Origin: Candidatus Helarchaeota ASGARD archaeon Hel_GB_B
GTDB taxonomy: Archaea > Asgardarchaeota > Lokiarchaeia > Helarchaeales > HEL-GB-B
Assembly: GCA_005191425.1 (NCBI GenBank)
Contig: SUPR01000020.1
Span: forward strand, 1-32,000
Reading direction: 5' to 3'
DNA length: 32,000 nt
This document shows, piece by piece, positions 9,407 to 18,704 of the stretch. The position numbers and the translations under genes were made by a program. Position 1 is the stretch's first letter. Each line of letters starts with the position of its first letter. The notes beneath the pieces are model-generated. The model saw only the letters and a list, made by a program, of their open reading frames with translations, ran no database searches and was not told the origin of the DNA.

Positions 9407-10474
9407 ATGAAAGTACTCGATTATCTTGACATATACAAACCAAAAATTAATGAAACAATTAAGAAAATATTTAATTATAAATTAGATAAAGTTAAAGCGC
9501 CAATTTTAAAAGGTTACTATTCAGAATTACTTGATTATTTTTTATCGGGTGGAAAAAGGCTTAGGCCTTTAATTTGTATAGCAAGTTATAATGCTTTCAA
9601 AAAAGAAAAAGATGAAAGAATTATTTTTCCAAGCGTAGGAATTGAATTTTTGCATAATGCATCTTTAATACACGATGATATAATTGATAGAGATGATTTT
9701 AGAAGAAATAATCCGGCATTTCATTATAAGTTTAGAAAATATCATGAAGATCACCATCTAAAAAAGATGGATAAATATCATTACGGAACATCAATGGGGA
9801 TTATTGGGGGTGATTTTGCGTTTTTTATTGGATTAAATGCATTTTCTAACAATGAATTTAATGAATTGAAAAATTTGAAGGCTGTAAATTATTATGCAGA
9901 AGCATTTTATGAATTGTGTGATGGTATTTTAATTGAAATGGATATGATAAACAGGAATGATTTGATAATTGATGAATATATTGAAATGATCTCTCTAAAA
10001 ACTGGTGCATTAATTCAAAAATCAATGTTAATAGGAGCCATGTATGCAGATGCTCCAGAAAATGCTTTGAATTATTTAGGAAATTATGGTATTAATGTAG
10101 GGATAATATTTCAAATTATAGACGATATTTTAGGTACTTTTGGAGATGAAAAAGTAACAGGAAAACCTATAGACGGTGATATTAGAGAAGGGAAAAAAAC
10201 ATGTCTTTTAATTAAAGCATTACAGAATTTAGACCAAAATAAAAGGAACGAATTAATTAATTTAGTCGGGAAAAATAATATTACACAGGATGAAATTAAT
10301 AAAGTTAGGGAATTATTTAAAGAATCAGATGCCATTAACGCATGCATGGAATTAGTTAATAAGTATAAGGATTTAGCCAAAAATCAACTTGAACAAATTC
10401 AACAAGAGATAAATCAATCAGAATTTGAGTTTTATGAAAATCTATTAAAGTACGTATCTGAGCGGTCATTTTAA
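9407..10474 (+). CDS. trans-Polyprenyl diphosphate synthase (GGPP synthase-like)
   Basis: GGKRLRP, FARM LHNASLIHDDIIDRDDFRR, KTGAL, SARM FQIIDDILG…GKPIDGDIREGKKT. Convergent with fni, overlapping by 4 nt. Confidence 0.93.
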   Translation: MKVLDYLDIYKPKINETIKKIFNYKLDKVKAPILKGYYSELLDYFLSGGKRLRPLICIASYNAFKKEKDERIIFPSVGIEFLHNASLIHDDIIDRDDFRRNNPAFHYKFRKYHEDHHLKKMDKYHYGTSMGIIGGDFAFFIGLNAFSNNEFNELKNLKAVNYYAEAFYELCDGILIEMDMINRNDLIIDEYIEMISLKTGALIQKSMLIGAMYADAPENALNYLGNYGINVGIIFQIIDDILGTFGDEKVTGKPIDGDIREGKKTCLLIKALQNLDQNKRNELINLVGKNNITQDEINKVRELFKESDAINACMELVNKYKDLAKNQLEQIQQEINQSEFEFYENLLKYVSERSF

Positions 10475-11559
10475 TATTTCGGCTGCTCTAACCATCTATA
10501 CAAATTACCAAGAATTATTATTTTTTTATGATTACCTTTTAATTCTTCTATATTTTTTACATTCAATAACCACAAACATGATCTGATTTCATTTTTTAAA
10601 GTCTTGATTTCATTAATAGTATTTAAAATTGAATTCTCTTCAAGGTCTTTCCAAGCAGACACTAAAAAGTTATATGCGAGCCCGCCAAAATCTGCACCCA
10701 GAATAATTGATTTTACTATATCTATTCCAGAACGTATTCCTCCAGTAGCAATAATCAATTTTTTTGAAATATTTCTTACATATAATATACTAACAGGAGT
10801 AGGAATGCCCCAGTTTTTGAAGATATCAGCGGGTTTACGGGTAAATTTCTTTGGATAATTATTTCTTATTGATTCTATTGCTGAAAAATTAGTCCCACCA
10901 TATCCACCAATATCAAACCCATCAAATCCAAGAGAATCAAGTTTAATTGCTATTTCTTTATTAAAACCTGTCCCTGTTTCTTTTGCAATTATTGGGATAT
11001 CAAATTGCGCCCTTATTTTAGTGAAATTTTTCTCAAACAATTTATATGAAGTATTCCCATTAGGTTGTAACATTTCATGTAAAGCATTAAAATGTATAGC
11101 AATAGCATCTGCATTAATCATATCAATACATTTCTGGAAATCATTTTCTTGAAAATCTTTATCACTAATTTGCCCGATTCCAATATTTCCTATCTTAGGG
11201 ATATTAGGTGCTATCTCATTAATTATTTTAAATGAGTCGATATTTGCAGGCTTTTCAAGTGCTGCGCGCTGACTTCCCACCCCTAGTACAATATTCTCTT
11301 TTTCAGCGGCATTTGCCAATATTTTATTTATTTTTTTAGATATTGGATGACCACCAGTCATTCCAGCAATACAAATAGGTGCATCGATAACTTTATTAAA
11401 AAAATTTACCGAAATGTCTATTTCATTTATATCATATTCTGGAAGAGAATGATGGACAAACTTAATATATTTAAAGTAATTTTCAGAAGTTTGTACATCA
11501 AATTCAATTGGAATTTTAAGGTGATCAAGTTTTCTATCTATAATTTTTTCATCAACCAC
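10471..11559 (-). CDS. fni: Type 2 (FMN-dependent) isopentenyl-diphosphate isomerase
   Basis: IAGMTGG, GVGSQRAAL, HFNALHE, KETGTG, GGYGGTNF, WGIPT, ATGGIRSGID. GTG start. Confidence 0.95.
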   Translation of the reverse strand: MVDEKIIDRKLDHLKIPIEFDVQTSENYFKYIKFVHHSLPEYDINEIDISVNFFNKVIDAPICIAGMTGGHPISKKINKILANAAEKENIVLGVGSQRAALEKPANIDSFKIINEIAPNIPKIGNIGIGQISDKDFQENDFQKCIDMINADAIAIHFNALHEMLQPNGNTSYKLFEKNFTKIRAQFDIPIIAKETGTGFNKEIAIKLDSLGFDGFDIGGYGGTNFSAIESIRNNYPKKFTRKPADIFKNWGIPTPVSILYVRNISKKLIIATGGIRSGIDIVKSIILGADFGGLAYNFLVSAWKDLEENSILNTINEIKTLKNEIRSCLWLLNVKNIEELKGNHKKIIILGNLYRWLEQPKY

Positions 11560-11670
11560 TGGTCAAACCCTTTAATTTTTTAAAAATTACAACTTAATAT
11601 TCAATGTTAATAAAAAATAAATTAATTCTATTTATATTGATATTCTGGCTGAATAATATTGTCATTTATT

Positions 11671-12468
11671 TTATTTGATTATTGTTGATGGTATATAATT
11701 ATTTTTAAGAGATTTGAAAATGTAATCATCTTTCAAACCATTAATTAATTGGACAGGTATTTTTAAACCAATAATTTGCTTGATTTTATTAATTTTCTCT
11801 TCAATACCACCAGTTACATCAATTTTGTCCACAAATTTAGCTAATTTTAGTCCTTGTAATTCCGATGAATTTACTGAAGTGAGTAATGTGGGTGAATTTT
11901 CATCAGATTCGATATAAATTCCATCTTGGTCCATTGCAAAAATTACCTTTTCTATTTTATAATTTTTGATGTTATCGCATATTTCAACGATAATTTCATC
12001 GCCAGAAATTATAGAAAATGACTTTTTAGTATCAAAAATAATATCACCATATAATATTGGAACAATTTCTAATTTTAAGAGTAATTCAATTTTATAGATT
12101 AATTTTGACGATGTTATATTTCCATTTTTAAGAAAGATGCTAGATGGGTCAATTGAAATTGCAGGAACTCCGTTGTTAATAAATTCTTTTACTATAAATG
12201 AATTAAATTCAACCATAGCTTGGTGAGTTTTTGCCAACCCTAAGCACTGGTCTTTAATTTCGGGATTAAAACCGTCAACAATTTTAAATTTTTTAGCTAA
12301 AGGGTGTCCAAATGACCCCCCGCCATGAATTAAAATTATTTTCTCATTACTTTGAATAATTTGATAAATACATTTTTTAACGACTTTTCTCCTTAAGGAA
12401 AAAGGTTTATCTTTATCCGTTAATAAGCTACCTCCAAGTTTAATGATTTTGATATTATTATTGCTCAT
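11671..12468 (-). CDS. ipk: Isopentenyl phosphate kinase; likely start is ATG 12468, overlapping the mvk stop
   Basis: IIKLGGSLLTDK, IHGGGSFGHPLA (with the IPK His), VPILYGD, ISGDEI, DVTGGI..K. Confidence 0.93.
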   Translation of the reverse strand: MSNNNIKIIKLGGSLLTDKDKPFSLRRKVVKKCIYQIIQSNEKIILIHGGGSFGHPLAKKFKIVDGFNPEIKDQCLGLAKTHQAMVEFNSFIVKEFINNGVPAISIDPSSIFLKNGNITSSKLIYKIELLLKLEIVPILYGDIIFDTKKSFSIISGDEIIVEICDNIKNYKIEKVIFAMDQDGIYIESDENSPTLLTSVNSSELQGLKLAKFVDKIDVTGGIEEKINKIKQIIGLKIPVQLINGLKDDYIFKSLKNNYIPSTIIK

Positions 12469-13435
12469 CAATTTTCGCCCCAATTCGGTCAATTTTTACA
12501 ATAAATGTTTTGAATCCATTCTTATTTAACTCTTTAGCTATTTTTTTTAGGTCCGTCCCTATTGAGATTACATGACCACCTAAACCTGCACCAGTGAGTT
12601 TTGACCCAAAAGCGCCAGCATTAAGTGCAATATCGTTAATTTGTGATATAATAGAATTAGATACACCAAGTGCTGATAAAAGACCTTGGTTAATTTTCAT
12701 CAAGAGTCCAACATTAATAAAATTATTTTTGGTGAGTTCAATTCTGGCTTTATCAGTAATCTTACCGATAGAACTAAAGATTTGGTCTGTTATTTCAGGA
12801 TATTTAGTAATAATCTTTTTTATTTTAGTTATTGCTTGACTTGTTTGGTGCTCAATACCTGTATATGTCAATATTATATGAAAATCTTCGGGTATATTTA
12901 ATAGTTCAAATCTCTTTTTTTTAAAATAAATAATATTTCCAAATGTACACGTTGTATTGTCAATTCCTGAAGGTGTTAGGTGTATAAATTTTTCCATTTC
13001 AAATGCAAATTCCGAAATTTTAGATTTATTCAAATTCAATTGATAAAATTCATTAAAAGCTGAAATCATTGCTACTGCAATAGATGCAGAAGATCCCAAG
13101 CCAGATGCCGGAATAATTGATGAACTTAAAGTGATCCTTATTTTTTTTATTGGATTTTCTATCAATTTCGAAATCATTTGAACTCCATTTTTAATGTGAG
13201 AGAATTCAGCAGGAATATCATTTATAAATTGGGTAAAATTTTTGAATTTAAAGTATTTATTAAAATTTTTAAGATTTAATTCAATTTTATCATCACTGAT
13301 CTCTTCTATTCTACACCTCGACCTTAAATTAATCCCCAATGCAATAGCCGGATGCCCATAAACTACAGCATGTTCTCCAAATAGGATGCATTTTCCCGGC
13401 GCAGATGCAGAAATACATTTATTAAAGTTTTTCAC
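12458..13435 (-). CDS. mvk: Mevalonate kinase
   Basis: SAPGKCILFGEHAVVYG, PASGLGSSAS (GHMP ATP loop), SGIDN, SKLTGAGLGG. GTG start. Confidence 0.95.
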   Translation of the reverse strand: MKNFNKCISASAPGKCILFGEHAVVYGHPAIALGINLRSRCRIEEISDDKIELNLKNFNKYFKFKNFTQFINDIPAEFSHIKNGVQMISKLIENPIKKIRITLSSSIIPASGLGSSASIAVAMISAFNEFYQLNLNKSKISEFAFEMEKFIHLTPSGIDNTTCTFGNIIYFKKKRFELLNIPEDFHIILTYTGIEHQTSQAITKIKKIITKYPEITDQIFSSIGKITDKARIELTKNNFINVGLLMKINQGLLSALGVSNSIISQINDIALNAGAFGSKLTGAGLGGHVISIGTDLKKIAKELNKNGFKTFIVKIDRIGAKIDEQ

Positions 13436-14702
13436 CAGCCAAGAGTCTATTTACTATATTTTTTGCATAATCAAGTCTAAAAACATTATTTTTAATTAAA
13501 ATACTTGAAACTTTTTGAACCAAATCATCTGGAGCACCAGCTAATTTTGCTATATTTCGAGCATGTAAAGCCATATGACCTCGTTGAATTCCTTCTGAAA
13601 CTAAGGCTTTTAGCGCGGCTAAATTTTGTGCAAGTCCAAGAGAAACTGCCACTTGTGCCAGTTCTCCAGCACTTTTAACTCCTAAAATTTTGAGCGAAAT
13701 ATTAGCCATAGGATGAATTTTTGTCATTCCACCAATAATACCCAGTGCTATAGGTAATTCTAATTCTCCAATTAAATTACCGTCAGCGTCTATAGAATAT
13801 TTACTTAGTGGTGAATATTTTCCATTTAATGAAGCATAAGCATGTGCCCCAGCTTCTAGAGCTCTTGTATCATTTCCTGTAGCAAGTGCTAATGCTATTA
13901 TTCCATTCATTATTCCTTTATTATGAGTTGATGCCCTGTATGGATCAACTTCAGCAAATGCTAATGCGTCCAAGATCCCATCGACAACTTCAGCGCCACC
14001 TAATAACTCTTTATCGAAAACTGCTCTACATTTTGCAATTCGATATGTTGCCAAGTTGGAAACAATTCTTAGATAAACTTTACTATCACATAATTGCTCA
14101 ATGTATGGTGTAATTGCTTCTGCCATAGAATTGACAATATTTGCTCCCATTGCATTTAATACATCAACTAATAAATGGACTATTAACATGGCTCCCCTTT
14201 TCGTATTTAATTCTTTTAACTGAATATCAATTGCCCCCCCATTTAGTTTATTTAAAGTTGGGTGCAGTTCATTAGCCATCTTTAATATTTGGCTTTTGTT
14301 TTTTAATATTGCTTCTTTTGCTGTAGAGATATCTTTTAAATGAGTGAGTTGGATTTGTGAAATCATTATAGAACTTACTTTCTCAGCTTGAAACCCCCCA
14401 TGTTTTCGAGCTATTTTTGCAGCATTTGAAGCAGCAGCTACTACTGATGGCTCTTCAATGACCATTGGGATTAAATAATCTTTATTATTTATTTTAAAAT
14501 AGGTTGCTATTCCCATTGGCAATTGATAACTCCCTATCACATTTTCGATCATTGTGTTTAGTTTGATAGATGATAAATAACCTAAATTACGTAATATTTT
14601 CAGGTCATCTGATGACAATTTAACCAATTTTGCAATTAAATCTTGTCGCTCTTCAAGAGAATAATTATAGAGCCCAGAAATATCAGATCGAATTATAGGC
14701 AT
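13422..14702 (-). CDS. mvaA: HMG-CoA reductase, class II
   Basis: ENVIG, PMVIEEPSVVAAAS, AMGAN, THNKGIMNG, GNDTRALEAGAH, QNLAALKAL..EGIQRGHMALH. SD GGTGA at 14713-14709. Confidence 0.95.
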   Translation of the reverse strand: MPIIRSDISGLYNYSLEERQDLIAKLVKLSSDDLKILRNLGYLSSIKLNTMIENVIGSYQLPMGIATYFKINNKDYLIPMVIEEPSVVAAASNAAKIARKHGGFQAEKVSSIMISQIQLTHLKDISTAKEAILKNKSQILKMANELHPTLNKLNGGAIDIQLKELNTKRGAMLIVHLLVDVLNAMGANIVNSMAEAITPYIEQLCDSKVYLRIVSNLATYRIAKCRAVFDKELLGGAEVVDGILDALAFAEVDPYRASTHNKGIMNGIIALALATGNDTRALEAGAHAYASLNGKYSPLSKYSIDADGNLIGELELPIALGIIGGMTKIHPMANISLKILGVKSAGELAQVAVSLGLAQNLAALKALVSEGIQRGHMALHARNIAKLAGAPDDLVQKVSSILIKNNVFRLDYAKNIVNRLLAGEKL

Positions 14703-14708
14703 AATAAT

Positions 14709-15938
14709 TCACCTTTTATTATTTTCAACAAATTTTTCTATATCTTCTTTTATTAAATTTGCTTCAAAAGAATTTTCGTCAATTATTTTAGAGGGCCCTG
14801 CTATTTTCCCCTCACTTAAATTGAAATTTTGGTTTAATTCTTTAATTCTTTTTATAACCTTATTTTTATTATTTATTAATGTTAACAAAACCACAGAAGG
14901 CCCGGTATCAATTGAATAATAGACACCAGGTATTTTTTCAATACAAGACATTATTTTTAATGTATCATAAGTCCATGCAAAAAACTTTTTATGATACCTT
15001 AGTTTAGCTGTCATTGAAACTGAATGTAGTGCCAATGTATCTGTTTCTGTTAATTCCCCTATTTTTTCAAAATTTTTTTCATTTAATGCTTCAATAAATT
15101 TAAAGACCATATTACACCTATTTAATGCCCAAGATTTGTAGAAAGGAGATTTTAAAGCAATCTTGTGGGCTTGATCCGTTTTTAATTTCGATTGCAAGGG
15201 AATTGTTATTAGAGTAATATTATTTAACCAAGAACTAATTTCATCCCTATCAAGTCTTATCGCATATGAGTCATAAGAATCTATTTTTGGATGATTCAAC
15301 CAAATTGCAATACCACCAGCAGCACTCCTGGATGCAGAGCCAGATAAATACCTTGAAAAAATACTTATTAATCTCTTATTCTCAGTAAATTCTGGTCGAC
15401 CATTATATATTATAGAAATTGCTGCTGTTGCTAATGCTGCACCACCTGAGGCTGATGTCCCTAGTCCTTTTCCTTCAATTGAAGATGTAATAATAGAATT
15501 TTTATTCTTTAAAATTTTTAAAAAGTTTCTTGAAACAATTATTGCTTTAGTCTTAATTTTTGAGAATTTTCGGATTACATCTAATAAATTTACTATTCTT
15601 TCTAATTTCTTTCCTTTTAATTTCTTCCCATTTAAATATGCAATGTCTTTTTTTAAATTTGGGCTGAATTTTAAATATGATACAGTAAAACCAGAACCAT
15701 TATTTAATGAAATACTTGGAAAATAAGCAATCCTTTCTTTAATGTCTGCAAGTCCATGATATTTTAAAAGCCCCTGGATTGGATACGCAATTGAATAGGC
15801 TTCACCAGATTTATTTATCCCTCTATGGCTTTTTGGTATTTCATAATTAAAATATTGATTTTTTTTTAAGTAATTGTAAATTTTTTGATAATCTAATTCT
15901 AATTTTTTAATAAAAGAATCTGTAAAATTAATAATCAT
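14709..15938 (-). CDS. Phosphomevalonate decarboxylase-type GHMP decarboxylase (Chloroflexi/haloarchaea clade)
   Basis: AYPIQGLLKYHGL…RIAYFPSISL, GKGLGTSASG, SGSASRSAAGG, LKTDQAH, YSIDTGPS. The PIQG.LKYHG motif matches the PMD clade rather than the classical MVD (NIA.IKYWGK). Confidence 0.85.
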   Translation of the reverse strand: MIINFTDSFIKKLELDYQKIYNYLKKNQYFNYEIPKSHRGINKSGEAYSIAYPIQGLLKYHGLADIKERIAYFPSISLNNGSGFTVSYLKFSPNLKKDIAYLNGKKLKGKKLERIVNLLDVIRKFSKIKTKAIIVSRNFLKILKNKNSIITSSIEGKGLGTSASGGAALATAAISIIYNGRPEFTENKRLISIFSRYLSGSASRSAAGGIAIWLNHPKIDSYDSYAIRLDRDEISSWLNNITLITIPLQSKLKTDQAHKIALKSPFYKSWALNRCNMVFKFIEALNEKNFEKIGELTETDTLALHSVSMTAKLRYHKKFFAWTYDTLKIMSCIEKIPGVYYSIDTGPSVVLLTLINNKNKVIKRIKELNQNFNLSEGKIAGPSKIIDENSFEANLIKEDIEKFVENNKR

Positions 15939-15952
15939 TTTTAATCAGTTGT

Positions 15953-17590
15953 TTAAATATATGGGGATGCCTTATCATATATTGGGATATAAGTAGGAGC
16001 CCACGATAATAATCCTTTAACTTGGATATCTTCAGATTCTGGAATATCAACCCGCCTAAATTCATATTCTAAAATATTTCCTTTAGTTGGTCTTCCTAAA
16101 ATTCTGACCATTTTATTTTTAAGAAAACTCAAATCTGAAACATCTGTTTTAATGGGTTCAGAAACTAATTCCGCAATTAATGGGAAAAAGCGTCTATGGA
16201 AACCTGAATGACCTTTGGGGCAATAATTAAGACCTTTAATTGGAGGAATAATACAACCTTCATCACAAAATGTTAAGATAAATCCACGGTTTTTGTTTAA
16301 TTCGTGTTCCTTAATCTGCCCCAAATAAATTTCTGGAGTATAGTTTCCCATTCTAATATCTTCATATTCTTTAACAGTTTTTCTAATTTTATTATTAAAG
16401 TAGTCAATTAAACGAGGACGTTTATCGACAATTTTTCTAAAAGACGGAAGCACTTTTAGAAGACCGGCTAAACAAGTAGCACCCGAACCATATGACCCAA
16501 AATATATAGTATCGTTTGGGTTTGCGAACCGTTCAAGAATATAAAATATTTGACTCCAAACAGACGCTGAATACATGTTTCCGAAGTTCATAGGCACTCT
16601 TAATTGAGGTAATACTTTATGTTTTATTATTGTAAATATTCTATTTTTTATTATATCAATTTGAGATATAGGTAGACCTGCTTTTTTCAGTTTATTTAAA
16701 ATGAAATCGGGTACTACACTTACATTTTGGACTATCGAATCAATTTTTCTAATTATTGATGTAGGAGAAGTATAAGACCTTAATTTCAAAAGACCTTCAA
16801 TATTATTAGTCCATCTTTTTAAAATTATTTGTTGAATACATTTTAATGGTAATTTAGAATATGGCGCATGAAAAGTATAATAATCGGCTGTAAAATCACC
16901 AATATTTTTTACCAAATCGTCATAAGCTCCTAATTGAAATCTTAAATATGATTCAGTTGAGTATTTTCCAAATACTTGAGCTACTTTACTTTCTGCGGGT
17001 CTAAAGAAATCATCGATATTACTGGAAATTTTGCCAAATTTTTTACTAAAAACAGCAACTCTTGGATTTTTAGAAATTACCATAGCAATTGCTCCTGCAC
17101 CTTGTGTTGGCTCCCCAGGGCTCCCCAGTTCATAATATGAAATATCTGCCCCAATAACCAAGGCTCGATTTATGACCTCTTTTTCTATTAGTCCAATTGC
17201 ATTAATTATTGATAAAGTAGCAGCAGCACATGCGTTATATGTATCTTGGGTAATTGAATTAATCGATATTCCCAGTAATTCGGCTAAAATGTTTGAAATT
17301 GACTTAACAGCATATGTTATTGTTTCTGTCCCAACGAATACTGCATCAATTTTTTTAGGATTAATTCCACCTTTTAGTAATGCATTATAACCGGCTTTTA
17401 ATCCCATCGAAACTATATCTTCACCAAAATCTGGTATTCTCATCTCTCTTAATAATAGTCCATGTTTGTATTTATTAGGATCTATGTTTCTTATTTTTGC
17501 TAAATCCTCTAATTTCAAGTAAAGTCTAGGTGCATAAAATCCAATAGAATCTATTCCTACATTACTAAATAGGTGTTCATTATTTAACAT
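15953..17590 (-). CDS. mvaS: HMG-CoA synthase (bacterial/haloarchaeal-like) with a C-terminal DUF35-like zinc-ribbon/OB extension
   Basis: VGIDSIGFYAP, VGTET, NAC (Cys121), GEPTQGAGA, DFFRP, FHAPY (His241), GNMYSAS, FGSYGSGA. At 545 aa it is much longer than a typical HMGS. Confidence 0.92.
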   Translation of the reverse strand: MLNNEHLFSNVGIDSIGFYAPRLYLKLEDLAKIRNIDPNKYKHGLLLREMRIPDFGEDIVSMGLKAGYNALLKGGINPKKIDAVFVGTETITYAVKSISNILAELLGISINSITQDTYNACAAATLSIINAIGLIEKEVINRALVIGADISYYELGSPGEPTQGAGAIAMVISKNPRVAVFSKKFGKISSNIDDFFRPAESKVAQVFGKYSTESYLRFQLGAYDDLVKNIGDFTADYYTFHAPYSKLPLKCIQQIILKRWTNNIEGLLKLRSYTSPTSIIRKIDSIVQNVSVVPDFILNKLKKAGLPISQIDIIKNRIFTIIKHKVLPQLRVPMNFGNMYSASVWSQIFYILERFANPNDTIYFGSYGSGATCLAGLLKVLPSFRKIVDKRPRLIDYFNNKIRKTVKEYEDIRMGNYTPEIYLGQIKEHELNKNRGFILTFCDEGCIIPPIKGLNYCPKGHSGFHRRFFPLIAELVSEPIKTDVSDLSFLKNKMVRILGRPTKGNILEYEFRRVDIPESEDIQVKGLLSWAPTYIPIYDKASPYI

Positions 17591-17803
17591 GTTACAGGTT
17601 CTCTTACTTGTTTTTCTTTAAAAATATATTGTCTTAACATCTGTAAATTTCAAATTCTAAATTTTTAGATATAGATGTTATCTTTTAAAAATTATATTCT
17701 TTAAAATTCAAGATTACTCAGATATTTTATATTCCCATTCTCATAAAAATATCTTGCTGTAATTTTAATTTTATTAATTTAATTAAATATTGAAGGAATA
17801 AAA

Positions 17804-18529
17804 TTGGAAATCCTAAAAAGAGAGGCAAAAGGCAATCTCCCAAATCATATTGGACTCATTTTAGACGGAAATAGGCGTTGGGCTAAAAAACGAAATCTTC
17901 ACATTAATCTAGGACATCTTGCAGGTTATGAAACTTTAAAACGCGTTTTATTTTACTTTTTAGAATTAGAAATAAAATATTTAAGCATTTATAGTCTATC
18001 TGAGGAAAATGTAAAAAAACGCAGTAAGGAAGAATTAAATTATATTTATGGACTCATGGTCAAGGCTTTTGAAGAAGTGATAAATGAACCAAAAATTAAA
18101 GAGGAAAAAGTCCGAATTAATTTTATTGGTAAAATTGAACTTGTCCCTCCTGAAATTAGAGAAAAACTTAACCATCTTAGCGAATTAACAAAAGATCATG
18201 ACAGGTACCTCATTAATTTCTGCGTTGTCTATGATGGACAGGAAGAAATTGTCCAAGCAGTCAAACAGATCTTAAAAGATAAAATACCACCTGAAAAAAT
18301 AGATAAAAAATTGATAAAATCCTATTTATATACAAAAGATTTCCCTGAATTAGATTATCTAATACGCACAGGTATGGAAGACGGAGCTCGAATCTCTGGA
18401 TTTTTACTCTGGGACGCTTCTTATGCCGAATTTAAATTCCATAAAGAATTTTGGCCGGATTATAACAAAAATATGTTGATTGAAGATATTAAAGATTATT
18501 TAAACAGAAAAAGAAGACTTGGAAAATAA
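17804..18529 (+). CDS. uppS: cis-Prenyltransferase (undecaprenyl diphosphate synthase family)
   Basis: HIGLILDGNRRWA, GH..G, S.EN..R, IRTG…RISGFLLW…YAE, and C-terminal RRLG. TTG start, divergent from the HMGS gene. Confidence 0.95.
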   Translation: MEILKREAKGNLPNHIGLILDGNRRWAKKRNLHINLGHLAGYETLKRVLFYFLELEIKYLSIYSLSEENVKKRSKEELNYIYGLMVKAFEEVINEPKIKEEKVRINFIGKIELVPPEIREKLNHLSELTKDHDRYLINFCVVYDGQEEIVQAVKQILKDKIPPEKIDKKLIKSYLYTKDFPELDYLIRTGMEDGARISGFLLWDASYAEFKFHKEFWPDYNKNMLIEDIKDYLNRKRRLGK

Positions 18530-18704
18530 CGAATATATTTTATTTTAATTTCTATTTGCTTCATTTATTAATTTAAATCATTTTTTGTCTACATTAAATT
18601 TAAATTTAAAATTGTCTATTTATTAAACATTATCCGATTTAATTGAAAATAAAAAAATAGACTCGATTAGAATATCTGAAAAAAACTTTTTAAGGGTTAT
18701 ACTA

